A stretch of 64,000 bases of DNA from the human T2T-CHM13v2.0 reference genome, Homo sapiens, in assembly GCF_009914755.1 (NCBI RefSeq), contig NC_060926.1. One strand, written 5' to 3'. The notes below the pieces were generated by a model that saw only the letters and a list, made by a program, of their open reading frames with translations, made no database searches and was not told where the DNA came from. Shown here piece by piece: positions 1 to 16,476 of the stretch; within the stretch, counting starts at the first letter, position 1, and every line of letters begins with the position of its first letter. The position numbers were made by a program, and so were the translations under genes.

Positions 1-384
1 AAATCTCAAGTTGAAATGTGACCCCCAGTTGTTGGAGGTGGGCCTGGTGGGAGGTATACGGATCCTGGGGGTGGGTGCCTCATGAATGGCGTAGCACCAT
101 CCCCTTGGTGATGAGTGAGTTCATGAGAGATCTCATTGTTTAAATGTGTGTGGCACCGCCCTCCTTGCTTTCTTGCTCCTGCTCTTACCACGTGACATTC
201 CTGCTCCAACTTCACCTTCTGCCAAGTGTAAAACTTTCCTGAGGCCCTCACCAGAAGCCAAGCAGATGCCAGCACCACACTTCCTGTAAAGGCTACAGAA
301 CTATGAGCTAATTAACTCTCTTTTCTTTATAAATTACTCAGCCTGAGGTATTCTTTATAGTAATGCAAAGACAGCCTAACACAC
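1..384 (+). mobile_element. MaLR LTR (MSTB-like), 5' end outside window
   Basis: MST-type sequence (ggaggtgggcctggtgggagg...ccagaagccaagcagatgcc...ttataaattactcagcct...cctaacaca), matched from recalled consensus. Confidence 0.75.
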
Positions 385-435
385 AATCAAAACTGCTATA
401 AACAACAATGAAGAATGCCTTTGATGAGCTCAAGG

Positions 436-1368
436 TGATAGTGACAGCAGGCAGCCAAATTCCTGGGCAGATAGGGGTGGATCTCCAGTGAAACCCCACC
501 TCCAAGCTGAAGACAGTTGAAAGCCTGAAAGCCAAGCTACAGGTTAAATCCTCGGAACGGATTGAGAAATCATCTTCCTGTTTGGCATGCTTTCCTCTGA
601 TTGGGCCCCACCCTTCACCTATTTTACATATACCTATCCTTTTCTAATAGGTTTTCTACACTGTCATGCCCACCTTTGAGTGGAGGCTTCACTTTAACCT
701 TTCTTGCATACACACAAACCAATCAGCATCCACCCCCCTTCCTGTGCCTATAAAGACCCCAGACTCAGTTGGAAGAGGAGGAGATGGCCTGACTTTGGGG
801 AAAAGATGACTTAACTCCAGGGAAGACGACCTGCCCTTCCCATCTCCTCTCCAGCTCCCCTCTCTATTGAGAGCAGTTTTCATCACTCAATAAAATTCTC
901 TGCCTTCACCTTCCTTCATTTGCATGATCTCATTCTTTTTGGAAACCAGACAAATGCTCAGGACCCATGGAATTCAAGTCCCCAGAAAGGCTGTCACATC
1001 AGCCCTTTGTGCTTGTCAGTGCAGGGCAGCCACCCCACACAACAAGGCAAGGGGCCAACTGAGCTGCTAATACACCACCGTCCGCAGTGCAGAACTAAAG
1101 GAGCACTGTAACACTTCCTTGGGACTTCAGGAAGGAAGGTTGTGGGCACCCTCACCTGGGTGCCACCATGTTCCCCTCAAGGCGACACGCCTGGTCTGTG
1201 CAGGCCCTGCACAGAGATTGCTCCTGTGTCAGTGCCTGAAGCAGCCAGCCAGAGCCTGCACTCACTCTCTCATGTTCTCCCTCCCACAAGGGGTTGAGCA
1301 TGGTGGGCGGAGTAGATGGGCACCCCTTCCATGAGTCCAGCAAAGGGGCTGAGAAAAATCCTGCATCA
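436..1368 (+). mobile_element. ERV1 solo LTR (LTR1/LTR27/LTR28 group) inserted in an old L1 fragment
   Basis: TG...CA termini (tgatagtgac...aaaatcctgcatca), 4-bp TSD aagg (432-435 and 1369-1372), internal tataaa and aataaa; L1-like sequence continues on both sides. Confidence 0.75.
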
Positions 1369-3070
1369 AAGGTAACCTGAACATGGCTGAGGAAAGAATT
1401 TCTGAACTTGAGGATAAGTCAATAGAAATTTCCAAAACTAAATAGACATTTCTCAGAAGAAGACATACAAACGGCCAACTGGTATATGAAAAAACGCCCA
1501 ACATCACTAATCATCAGGAAATGCAAATCAAAACCACAGAGATATCATCTCATACCTATTAAAATGGCTATTATTGGCTGGGCATGGTGGCTCACACATG
1601 TAATCCCAGCACTTTGGGAGGCTGAGGTGGGCAGATCACTTGAGGTGAGAGTTCAAGACTAGCCTGGCCAACATGGTGAAACCCTGTCCTTACTAAAAAT
1701 ACTAAAAATACAACAATTTACCAGGCATGGTGGTGCATGCCTATAATCCCAGCTACTCGGTCCCAGCTACTGAAGCAAGAGAATCGCTTGAACCCAGGAG
1801 GTGGAGGTGGCAGTGAGCTGAGTTATCGCTCCAGCCTGGGTGACAGATTGAGATTCTGTCTTAAAAAAAAAAAAAAAAAAAAGCCAGGCCTAGTGGCTCA
1901 CACCTGTAATCCCAGCACTTCGGGAGGCCGAGATGGCTAGATCATTTGAGGTCAGGAGTTCGAGACCAGCCTGGGCAACATAGTGAAACCCCATCTCTAC
2001 TAAAATACAAAATGTAGTTGGGTGTGGTGGTACATACCTGTAATTCTAGCTACTTGGGGGTGCTGAGGCTGGAAAATCACTTGAACCTGGGAGGCAGAGG
2101 TTGCAGTGAGCCGAGGTCATGCCAGTGCACACCAGCCTGGGCGACAGAGTGAAACCCCATCCCAAAAAAAAAAGAAGGTTACTATTGAAAAGACAAAAGA
2201 TAGGTTGATAAGGATGTGGAGAAAAGAAAACTCCTTGCACACTTTTGGTGAGAAGGTAAATTAGTACAGTCATTATGGCAAACAGTATAGAGGTTGCTCA
2301 AAAAATTAAAAAATAGAACTACCATATTGTCTTAGTCCATTTGTGTTGCTACAGAGGAATACTTGAGGTTGGGTAAATTATTATTTTATTTTTTGTAGAG
2401 ACAGGAGTCTCACTATGTTGTGCAAGCTGGTTTTTATCTCCTGGCCTCAAGCAATCCTCCTGTCTCAGCCTCCCAAAGTACTATTACAGGTGTGAGCCAC
2501 TGCGCTCTGCCGAGGCTGGATAATTTACGTAGGAAATAAGTTTATTTGGCTCAGAGTTCTGTAGGCTGTACAAGATGCAGTACTGGCATCTATATCAAAC
2601 TGCTTCCACTTATGGTGGAAAGCAAATGGGAGCAGGCATGTACAGAGATCACATGGTGAGAGAGAAAGAGAGAGCAAGAGAGAGAGGAGGCAGGCATTAG
2701 GCTCTTTTTAACAACCAGTTCTCATGGTAATTAATAGAGTGAGAACTCATACATTACCTTGAGGATAGCACCAAGTCATTCCTTAGGGATCCAATGACTC
2801 AAACACCTCCCACCAGGTCCCACCTCCAACAATGGGGATCAAATATCAACATGAGACTTGGCAGGGTCAAACAAACCATATCCAAACCATGGCACGTATG
2901 ATCCAGCAATTCCACTTGAGTATATACACTTGGGTATATTTCCAAACGAAATGAAACCAGTATGTCCAATAGATATCTGCACTCCCATATTTGTTGCAGC
3001 ATCATTCATAATAGCCAAGACACAGAATCAACCTAAGTGTCCATCAATGCATGAATGGATAAAGAAAATG

Positions 3071-3117
<47 letters not shown>

Positions 3118-3365
3118 GGAATACTACTCAGCCTTAAAAAAGAAGGAAGTCCTGTCATTTGTGACAACATGGATGAATCTGGAGGATGTTATACTAAGTG
3201 AGATAAGCCAGGCACAGAAAGAAAAATACTGCATGCTCTCACTTATACAAGGACTCTAAAAAGGTTGAACCCATAGAAGCAGAGAGTAGAAATGCCAGGG
3301 ACTGAAGAAGGTGGGGGGAAGAGGGAGATGTTGGTCTAAAAGTATGAAGTTTCAGTTAGGAAGAG
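1369..3365 (+). mobile_element. Old L1 3' region interrupted by two tandem Alus (1576-2174), a minus-strand MST LTR (~2328-2892) and a (CA)n at ~3073-3114
   Basis: L1 ORF2 C-terminal motifs in ORF 2858..3259 (YDPAIPL, QPKCPS, WMNLEDVILSEISQAQK); Alu and MST consensus pieces. Confidence 0.75.
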
Positions 3366-3563
3366 AAGAGTCAATTAGATATATCAACAATTTCCAATAT
3401 GTAAACTATAAACTGTAATTTGAAGAAAACTGTAAACAATTTTATTTAAAAAAATTAAATGACTATACTGAAAAAAAAATTTTCAGGAAAATGCAACAAG
3501 GTGTTACAAACAGACATGGCTAAGGCACTGATTGAAGTATATAAATAACAAGAATTACTATTA

Positions 3564-4304
<741 letters not shown>

Positions 4305-6713
4305 AATGAATTAATTTTTTTTAAAGTGTCATTGAAAAGTTTTTTTTTTTCTGCCTCTCTACTCTGCCAACCAGGATCACCATTATCCTAAAGGTTTTTG
4401 GGTTTTTGTTTGTCCCATAGTTGTTGGATAGTTGCTGGTAGCAACCAAATTACCTGTTTTCCTTGTTCAACTCTGTTGGGAGAGAGGCTGACTTCTCATA
4501 GTTCTCACCTAGATGTGGGAAAGAACATTTCCAGATGTCTCTAGAAAACCTTTCTTCATGCTTTTAGTCCACATATGAATTACATAACCATATGTAGTTA
4601 TGAACCACATCATTGAACCCATCACTGGCAAGGGTGATGTAATTTCAGTCTAATCCTGGGGCTTTACCTGAGAATTTTACCTGTGTGGGAGAGGATAAGG
4701 ATGGGAACCTAACCAAGTCAGAACTCTATTAAAGAAGAAATAGTGGATGGGTGCTAACACCAGCATCTACTAAACATACTGTTTTGCATTTCTTGTGATC
4801 ACATTTCATTCTTCTTATGAAAGCAAAATTTTATTGATTCATAGATTAAAGCAATAAATACCTTTTATAAAAAATGATTGCTGTATTTCCAAGTTCATGC
4901 AGCTCAGGATGTATTTTACTTCTCTTGAGACTTCCTCTTTGACAACTTACAAGTTTGGGGAGGTTTTTCTGTTGTTATTGATTTCTAGTTTGATTCATTT
5001 ATGGTCACATATTTTATATGTTTCACTTACTTTAAATGTGTTAGAGTTTGTTTCATAACCCAAGATATGGTCTATCTTGGTGAATGTCCCATAAATGCCC
5101 AAAAAATGTGTATTACGTATTGGCTGATAGTACTGTTCAGTTCTCCCACGCACTTGCTTTTTGTCTAGTGGGTTTATCCATTACTAAACAAGGGGTGTTG
5201 AAGTCCCCAACTGTAAACTGTAAACTTGTCCATTTTTTCCTTTTAGTTCTATCAATTCTTAGATCATATACTTTGCAGCTGTGTTATTTGGTTAATGCAC
5301 ACCTGTTGTCTTTTTGTGATCTGACCTCTTCATCATTATGTAATGTATTTCTTTGTCCCTGGCAATTTTCTTTTGTCCTAAAGTCTACCTTGTCTGATAG
5401 TAAGTCATCCACTCCAGCTTTCTCTGAATTACTGTTTGCAAGGTGTATCTTTTCTATCCTTTTACTCTTAGTTTATTGATATTGAGATTTACTGATAAAT
5501 CATTGTTAATTTACTGATATTTTGAGTTTCTTGTAGTTAGCATTTGGTTGGGTCAGGTTTTTAAATTCACTCTCACAATCTTGGTGTGTTTAGACCATTT
5601 ACATTGAATGTAATTACTGATATGTGAGGTTATAGGTCAGTCATTTTATTGTTTTGCTTTTTTCCTGTTTCCTCTTACCTGTCTTCAAGTGGGTTATTTG
5701 GGCATTCTTTAGTAGTCCATTTTGATTTATCTACATTTTTGAGTGTATCTCTTCGTATAGTTTTTCAGTGGTTACAGACTGCAATACACACATGAAGTTT
5801 ACTGCAGTCTACTACTATCAACATCTACCACTTGAAGTGGAATGTGGATATTTAACCACCATTTAAGTCCCTTTTACTGCCCCCACTCTGTGATGTAATT
5901 GTCTAAAATACTTCCTCTACATACACTGAGAACCACATCAATGTTGTAATTTTTACTTTAACTTTTAAATGAAAAGTATAATTGGATATTATACTTGTCT
6001 TCCATAACAAGTTCAATGTCTACATATCTACTCATTTACTCAACATCCACTCATCCATGAACTTGTTAGCCACTTTTCCATCCACTATGCATTCAATGCA
6101 TCCATCTGTAATCCTTGAAATTCATCTGAAACTTGTTTCTAACATATTTGAGTCTGACTATCCTCTGAGATCTATTCTCTCTTTCCTTTCCTTTTTAATT
6201 CATTCAGATGTTGTTTTGTAAGTGTTTACATTTATTTCAAGCAGTACTCTCCCCAAATGAACCATAAGCATCTTGGCAGTGGATTTCTATTCATTTTGTA
6301 TATTCCCCTAGGACCTGTTGTGGTGTTCTAGCATCTACGTGATACCTAACTCTACAAATTACTACTGATTTAAAAAAATAATTCAGACATCTACATGCCT
6401 ACTAGATGACGCACCAGGTTTTCCACAAAACTTCCTATACATCTAGCCCTAGCACCCAAAACACCTGGACCCTGAGGAAACTGTGACCACGAGTTGTTTT
6501 TGAAGAGCAAAACTTCTGAGATTAAAATTCCCTAATCTTACACAGCTTGCTCTAAAAAAGTATTCCAAAACATTCTTAGAAACTTTTGCCCCAAATATTA
6601 GCCACAAAATTGTCATACTTTCATAACTCCTTTGTGTATCCATCCATCACACACATACCCTTGTACACAGCTAACACATTACATTCAATTACCCCATTGT
6701 AGAAGAGGAATAA

Positions 6714-6719
6714 TTTATT
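6714..6719 (-). terminator. MCEE: Probable MCEE polyadenylation signal (AATAAA)
   Basis: tttatt on the + strand, ~265 nt past the stop codon, after an AU-rich 3'UTR. Confidence 0.6.
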
Positions 6720-6982
6720 TCTATATGATTTTAATAATGTTCCCTAAGTAATTAGTAATCAAGATTTTCTTCAAATTCAAATTAACAAATATGTTTGTTA
6801 ATCTAAATAATATACATATTTATGTATTTATATATGTATATATTTTAATCTTTCTGTAATTCAGTCTTTAACTGTGAACTTTTACATGATGGAAGCAGTG
6901 AAGGACTCAATGTCATAGTACATTTTGATAGTATTTGATAGGCTTTTTCAGGTCAATTAATTTAGTTGCTTGCAAATATAAA

Positions 6983-7135
6983 TCAAGCTTGCTCCAGTTC
7001 CACAAGGACTCCACCACAGTCTTTAGGATGGAGAAAAATCACTGGTTTTCCATGTGCTCCTATTTTGACCTCTTCACTTAGACTGCGGATCTTCTTTTTT
7101 TTCAAATCCATCACAGCTGCATTAATATTATCCAC
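6983..7135 (-). CDS. MCEE: MCEE coding exon 3 (VDNINAAVMDLKKKK...GGVLVELEQA*)
   Basis: ag acceptor at 7137-7136, phase 0, TGA at 6985-6983; completes a 531-nt ORF of the VOC/glyoxalase-fold epimerase. Confidence 0.98.
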   Translation of the reverse strand: MDNINAAVMDLKKKKIRSLSEEVKIGAHGKPVIFLHPKDCGGVLVELEQA

Positions 7136-9072
7136 CTTAAGAAAGGGAAATAAATTGAACACATTTGAGATCATAAAAATACCAACTTATAGTATCATAA
7201 GACTTAGAAAAAACTTTGAGAGCTCATGCAGTCTATCTCCTCTGCCTGTGGGCAGGACCATTCTTAAATCATCATAAAAAATAAGCTTAAAATTTTCAGA
7301 GAAGTAAGAGAAGTTACTAAATTTTTCTAGGTAAGCAACCACAATGCTCAGAATTTTCACCATTAGTAAATGTTTCTTCTTATAATCTAAATCATGTATG
7401 ATATACTTTATAATAGTTTATTCTGGCAGTACTATTAGTGAGATTGAAGACATTGCTTTTTCCTGAGAACCCTGGGTCCTCATCTATAACAGGCAAATGA
7501 GGTCTACCACATAAATTGACTACAGATTAAAATGAGGTAACAGATAAAAAGCTTTCAGTACAGTTTATGGCATAATAGGTACTTAGCAAATATGAGTGTT
7601 TCCCTGATCCCCAAAACTTGCCCTGCCAAAACACCTGGTTATTACCTTTGACATTATCAAGACACACATGAAAATCACTATTAAATTGCCATCAAAATGT
7701 TATTCCCCATCCAAAAAAATTTCAAACTTTAATGTTTTTGCAGCCTCTTCTAAGTTATTTCTATTTTCTTCATACTTATGGACACTCTAGGAGGAGCAGA
7801 TGTGTCTCTCTATACTTGACGGAGAAATGATCTGCCTCTATCTTGGAAAGTCACCCACTTAGACTGGGAACCTAAGAAATGGATGAAAAGGTATGATATG
7901 AATGGCCACATTCCTAGGCAGTCATAAATCACTAGTTTAATTAAAATCACTAGTTTAATTAAAAAAAACACACAAAAGCACAGAGACTAGTTTAACACCC
8001 ATGTACCTACCATTCAGATCTAATAAATATTAGTATTTATACAATTTTATTTCCAAAGAGCCAAGGATTATATGCTGAATTCTAAAACCAGTCAAACAGC
8101 TAATGAGGATACTAAATGTTACATAAATACGCTATGATTTCTTCATATGGCACATATTCTACTTGTATTCCTGATATTTCTTTTTTAAACCTCATAGATA
8201 TGTCAAAGTCACACGTGCCTAGATTCTGAACACAGCTCATTTCATGACATCTTGCACTGTAGCTGGTTAATTCTCATCTTTTTCAGAATAGAACATGCAC
8301 TAGAAGCTCGTGGCAGGAACGGCTCGACCCACTTAGTGAGGAAAATTGGTCCTCACTGATGTCAGACATTGTCAATTTTATCTTATTTTTAAATTCATAT
8401 CAATATTATTAAGCTTTTCTTCTGCTGCGTTAGGTGGGATTGGAGCAGCTTTTAGTCTAGGACTAATTTTCCTCACTACCAAGCCAAAGCCCTTCTGAGT
8501 ACTCTTCCCAATGTTACGGAAATTACTATGACTAGTAAGAAAAAACTATCCCCACCTCTGTGTGTGGATTATTCCCTCTAATCCTTTCAAGGGGTTCTAT
8601 TCTAGCTTCCTAACATGCGTGCAATACTCGAAGCTCCGATGAAGACATGAAAGGTACTACAGATCTTTAGAGTTCACTCTCTGTGCAGCTCTCCTTTCCA
8701 GGAGAGAGCTGTGAACTCTAGCACCATGGCCTCCTCAGACTTCCAACTCCTATCTCCGCAACTCAGGGAGACCACTAAGTTCCACGTGGATTCCCCCTTC
8801 CTGCACTGCAGTCTGGAAACTCTCTACAGCCAGTAAACTGGGTAATTGTAGGGCTCATCTTGTTTGTTTACCCTCTCTCAGAAATCAATTCCTGTGCTGC
8901 CTGATGTCCAATGCCAGAAATCCATTATGTCATGTATTTTGTCTAGGTTGCTTGTTTGTTTCAGGGAGGATAAACTGATCTCTTTTACACCAACTTGGCC
9001 GGAATCAGATTTCTAAATTGGCAGGTTTTTTCTGTCAGCAACTAAAAAGTGTCATTACATGTCATTCTATAA

Positions 9073-9750
<678 letters not shown>

Positions 9751-11192
9751 TGGTGTAGTTTTCTGTTTGCCCTACTTGGGGTTGCTGACTTTCTTGAAAC
9801 CATAGAGTGATGTTTTACATCAGATTGGTAGTGTCCTTGTCAACTATTTTTTCAATTACTGCTTCTGTTCTATTTTCTCTCTCTTCCTTTTCTGGGACTC
9901 CAACTATATTCTGCTAGAACTTTTGACCATGTCCTACATCTGTCTTATGCTCTATTCTGTTTTCTTTTTCTTCCATATTTTTTACCTCTTGATTTTGGAA
10001 TTCTAGTTTCTAGAACTGTGAAAAGAATAATTTCTGTTTTAAGCCACTAAGTTTGTGATCATTTATTATAGCAGCCCTAGAAGACAAATATAACTACCAC
10101 ACATCATACCGAAATTGAACAACGAAGTAGATGGATGGCTGATAGTGGGAGCTAAGTTTCTCACTGTTGGAATGAGAAGATAAAGGCTAGTGTGGTCTAT
10201 GTGGTAATGGATTAGAGCTGGAGACGTCAGTATGCTCTGAGGAGTTTATGACATTTCATGAATTCTATAATATAGTTATATACAGAAATGTGTATAGATA
10301 TGTGTATATATACAGTATACACACATATATATCTCCCTGTTGTCCTGGCTCAGTAGGGCAAGAACCAATGACACACCCAGTAGCAATAAGCACACTTAGA
10401 ACCTAGATCTTGGCTTCTAATACCATTCTCCAGTAGTAGGAACCAGGGCTCCTAGATGAAATGTCTAATTATATGGCTAGGGCAAAGAGTAAAGAAGATG
10501 AATTTGGAGCATCTCATATAGAAGATGAATTTGGAGTATCTTACAGTGCCAGAAAAAGAAAGGAAGTGCTTAAAAAACAAACACAAAACACAAAACCAAA
10601 AATGATCGGGGTATGTCAAAGGGACATAAGAATCAACTGAAAGAGCTCCTAATGGCCAAAGCTGGAACAATCTGAGGGGAAAAAAAGTAGTATTAGATTG
10701 TAATGCAAGTCATAAAATAAATATCCACAAGTCCATACTGATATAACTCTCTATTCCTTAAGTGTGGGCCTTGCATAATGACTTCCTTCCAAAAGAGGAT
10801 AGTATGGAGGAGAAAAAAAGAACAGCTTTCCAGTGGAGAAACCTGACAACACCTCCTCACCTGGGAGATCAAGGTTAATATCAACAGTAGTAAGTCATGT
10901 TGATAGTATGAATCCTTGATATGATGTGATGAAAATGACACTTTACCTCTATGGTCTTCCCAAAATCAATAACATGAGTCTAATAAGAAAAATATCACAC
11001 AAATCTCAACTGAGGGACAGTTTACAAAATAACTGAACAGTAATCTTCAAAAGTGTTAAGGTCATCAGAAACAAGGAAAGGAGATCCTAGAAAAAGGTTA
11101 GAAAACAAAACAAAAAAAAAAAACAAGGAAAGTTTGAGAAACTGCCACATGCAAGAGGAGCCTCAGCAGATACGATGACTAAATGTGATGTG

Positions 11193-11374
11193 CTAGGGGT
11201 GGAGGAGTGGGGGAAGGGAGAGCATCAGGATAAATAGCTAATGCATACAAGGCTTAATATCTAGGTAATGCATTGTCAGGTGCAGCAAACCACCATGGCA
11301 TACGTTTACCTATGTAGCAAACCTGCATGTCCTACACTTGTATCCTGGAACTTAAAATAAAATTAAAAAAAAAA
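11193..11374 (+). mobile_element. 5'-truncated primate L1 (L1PA) 3' end
   Basis: L1PA 3'UTR (gcagcaaaccaccatggc...ggaacttaaaataaa), poly-A, TSD aaatgtgatgtg on both sides; inserted in an older L1. Confidence 0.8.
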
Positions 11375-12103
11375 ATGTGATGTGAAATCCTAGATGGGAT
11401 CCTGGAATAGAAAAGGGACACTGGGTAAGAACTAAAGGAATCAGAATAAAGTACAGACTTTAGCTAATAACAATGAATTGGTATTGGTTCACTAATTGTG
11501 ATAAATGTATCAAACTATTATAAGATGTTCATAATTTTTTTAAAGCATCTGATGAGATTAACCACTGTTTATAATGAGTGGATCTTGTTTTTATCCTGAT
11601 TAGAGCAAATCAACTATAAAAAGACATTTGTAAATCAATCTGGGAAATTTAATTTATGAGCTGTGTATAGATGGTGCCAAAAGATTTCCCTTTAATTTTG
11701 ACTGAAGTGCCAGAAAATAAAGATGATGTCACCGTGGTTATTTTTGTATTTCTTAGAGACCCAAACTGAGTAAGGGTAAAATGACATGTTGTTCATTTAA
11801 AATAATTTAAGGAAAAAAGAAAAAAAGATGACGTGTAGCAAGAGCTTGAAAACTGTTGAACCTGGGTGATGAAAGTACTGACATGATTTTTTTTCTACTT
11901 CTCATATGTTTGAACAATTTCATGATATAATCATGACTTTTTCCATAGTGCCCTTTTGATAACTCCTATGCTACATGTGATTATGAATATTTTCATTTAT
12001 GGAACATTCTATCCAAGTACAAGTATCTATAATTTTGACATTGCAACCCAATGTTTTAGTATACTCCTTCTTCAATATCCCTCAATCATGAATTACTTCA
12101 AGC

Positions 12104-12410
<307 letters not shown>

Positions 12411-12737
12411 TGTCTAAATGACATTGCACTAGCATCTACTTCTACTTCTGTTACTATTTCTATCACTAACTTCAATTTTAAAGCTCTTTTACCATATTTA
12501 TCCTTCTGTTAGTGTTGCTATACATTTTATGATTCTTTTAAGAGTACTCCTAATGCTTTGTTTGGCAGTAATAAAAAGAATAAAATTAAAATGTCTTAAT
12601 TTTCTGAATTGAAAGTAGATGCAATAGTTGTAAGAAATGCAGAGCAATTTGATTTGGGAAATTAAATCAGTCCCTCTAAGTAAGGATGAAAGTAACACAG
12701 TCAGTAATAACCCATCTTTTAAAAAAAGGGAGGTTTT

Positions 12738-12984
12738 CAAACACTGCATGTTCTCACTCATAAGTGGGAGTTGAAGAATGAGAACACATGGACACAGGGT
12801 GGGGAGTCACATACCGGGGCCTGTTGGGGGGTGGGGGAAAGGGGGGGATAACAGTAAGAGAAATATCTAATGTAGACGACGGGTTAATGGGTGCAGCAAA
12901 CCACTATGGCACATGTGTACCTTATGTAACAAACCTGCACGTTCTGCACATGTATCCCAGAACTTAAAGTATTAATTTAAAAAA
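12738..12984 (+). mobile_element. 5'-truncated L1PA 3' end
   Basis: cactgcatgttctcactcataagtgggagttga...cccagaacttaaagta; TSD-like aaaaagggaggtt/aaaaagggggggtt. Confidence 0.85.
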
Positions 12985-13052
12985 GGGGGGGGTTATGGTT
13001 TTTTAAAACTGCTTTTATAGTCCTTCAAACAATTACAGAGTGTACCATATAG

Positions 13053-13851
<799 letters not shown>

Positions 13852-14899
13852 AGAATTCACAATCTTCAGGTACATCTCATAACCTCTTTGGTCCTCAGCT
13901 TCCCCATCTGAAAATGGCAATACAATCTTGTTTATTTCAAGCCAAGTAATTGGGCTAAATAACTCTAACCTTAAGGTATGTAATCCTCAATGACCAAATT
14001 TTATGAAAAAGTAATAATGTACCCCTCTTAACTATACATGACATTTGGACAGATTTAACAAACATAAGCTTTAATTTTATATACAGTTGTAATGGTGCTG
14101 ATATAATGAATGACTTCAATCCTCAAATTGGTATAAATCCATGAAAGTTAAAGTGAAAAGTCTGGATTAAGTATTTGTTGTATTTGTTCCAACTGTATCT
14201 CCTCAAAAGCTAAAAGCTGAGTGAATTATGCAAGCCTAACACTGTCTCACTTTACATAGGGTTCAGATGGTTCCTGTCTTCTTGGATTTATTTCAGAAGA
14301 GCACATGTTACCTAAGCTTCCACAATGACTATATAGTCTAGTGGGGGCTATGTGGAGTATCCATCAAATGCTTGTCTCTGCTGAAATTTTCACAGTGGAT
14401 AGTAAAATATTTTTTTAATTCCCTAGTTTATTGTGAAAAGCCAAAATGAGAATAAAATTTTTTAAAAAGGAGAATATTTTCCTTTCTTGATTGAAGAACA
14501 AACATTACCCAGTATGTAGGAAATGAGTTACCTCACTAGCCTGTTACTTTGAAGTTATAAATTTTTTCTTTCCTAAGGAATATATGCTGTCAAAAAAGAT
14601 CTGCAAAACATATAAAAGCACAAACAAGAAAATGAGTCATCTATTGTCTAATCACTCAGAAAATAAAACTGCTATAATTGCTGCATTTCTCTACCTTTTG
14701 TCTTAGTTTTTAAATACTATTAATATTTTTCTCATGTGCTTTTCCCCAGCAGCCTGCAACAGTAATTTCAAGATTACCTTGAAATCAAATCCAACATCTC
14801 TGTCTGCCACTGGGAAGCCAGGCTCCCATGATCCTTACTACCTACTCATCTAACCAGCCCCTTCTCTGTCACCGGTCCCTATGATTCTGCAGCCCCTCC

Positions 14900-16030
14900 C
14901 TCAGCCTCAGCACTGCACTCATCACCCTCCATGTGCTCCAACCGTGGGGCTGCCCTCTTCATCCCATCTGAGCTCCCACTCACAATTCCAGGCCACACCA
15001 CCCCTGCACAGAGGCCTGTTACCCCATGTGAGCTGGGCCACTCCCTGTGCTGCAGTCCTCCTTGCCTTTTGTGGGATTCAACATCCCGCCCGGAAGCGTC
15101 CCAGTGGATACACATCCTCCTCACCCTGTGTGGCTCTGACTCCCCATACCTGCCCCCTACCCCATGTGAACATCTGCCTCACCCTTCTCAGGCCCTGCTC
15201 CCATACCAGGCCACTCCCTGCGAGGACACCCAGCTTATCCCACCTGGGCTTCAACTCCCCACATTAGTCACCATTTTCCCCTGCAACGATGCACTCCCCA
15301 CAGGACCAGCCCTGGCCCTCCATGCTGGGCGTGCCCTCCCCACAGTGTCGGTGCCCCTACCCTGCTCTGGCTCTCCCACTCCTTGCTGCCGCTGCCCCTC
15401 AGGTGGACGCTCTTCTCAACATCCTTGGGCTCCAGCTCCCTGCTCTGAGCTGTGTCTCAGTCCATTCGGGCTGTTAGAACAAAATACCTAAACTAGGTGG
15501 CTCAGAAAAAACAGAAATTTGTCAGTTTGAGAGCCTGGGAAGTCCAAGATCTAAGTGCTGGCAGATTCAACATCTGGTGGGGGATTGGTGGTTCACAGAC
15601 AGCACCTTCTCACTGTCCTCCCGTAGCGGAAGGGGCAACGGGTGTCTCTGAGGCCTCTTTTATAAGGACACTAATCCCATTCATGAGGGATAGGCCTACT
15701 GCTCATGAATGAGGCCTCAGGAATCATCTCCCTAAGGCCCCACCTCCTAACACCATCACTTTGGGGTTATGATTTCGACATATGAATTTTGAGGGGACAT
15801 AAGCATTTAGTTCTAAGCTGGCCTCCCATGCTGATGCCCTCCTCACTCTGACACTGCAAGTCAAGATGCTCCCTTGGGCACAAACGCACAAACCCTGCTC
15901 AGACTCGGACACCTTGCACTGGAACTCCCCATGCATGGGCACTCAGTCTCTGGCTTCCCCGGGGCAGGCAGCTCTCACTCATGGATGCCCTCCTCACCTT
16001 GCCAGGATCCCAACACCCTGCTTTAGGCCA
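14900..16030. repeat. Degenerate C-rich ~55-bp tandem-like array in MCEE intron 2, split by an MLT1 LTR
   Basis: Recurrent unit resembling gatgccctcctcaccctgct..ggctctgacacccc..ccaggcc on both sides of the LTR. Confidence 0.5.
15453..15815 (-). mobile_element. MLT1A-like MaLR LTR
   Basis: tgtctcagtccattcgggctg...gaattttgaggggacat; candidate 5-bp TSD agctg (15448-15452 / 15816-15820). Confidence 0.75.
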
Positions 16031-16170
16031 GTCTGGTTCTCCCCATCAACAAAAATGACTCTTCTGCTCTGTCCTACCTGAAGTCTTCAGGAAGGGAAGG
16101 AATGGGGAGGAGTCATAGGTACTCAATACTGTTTATTTCCTTTTTTGTTTTTGGTAAGTAGAAAGAAATA

Positions 16171-16476
16171 CAGTCATGTGTCACTTGATGGGTACGAGTC
16201 CTGAGAAATGCATCACTAGGCAATTTCATTGTTGTGCGAACATCACCACACCTGGATGGTGGCGCCTACTACACACCTAGGCTACAGGGTACAGTCTATT
16301 CCTCCTTGGCTACAAACCTGTACAGCATGTTACTGAAAACTGTAGGCAAGTGTAACACAATGGTGTCTAAACACATTTCAACACAGACAAAGTACAATAA
16401 AAATACAGTGTATAACCTTATGGGACCTCATGTGGACTCATCACTGACTGAAACATTGTTATGCGGTGTGGGACTG
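16171..16476. mobile_element. Tigger3a/MER7-type TcMar DNA transposon fossil
   Basis: TIRs cagtcatg.../...gactg with TA target duplications. Confidence 0.8.

Noticed and set aside
14881-15491. 128-aa and 186-aa Pro/Cys-rich ORFs
   Set aside because: Arise from C-rich degenerate repeat composition; no splice structure or recognisable domain
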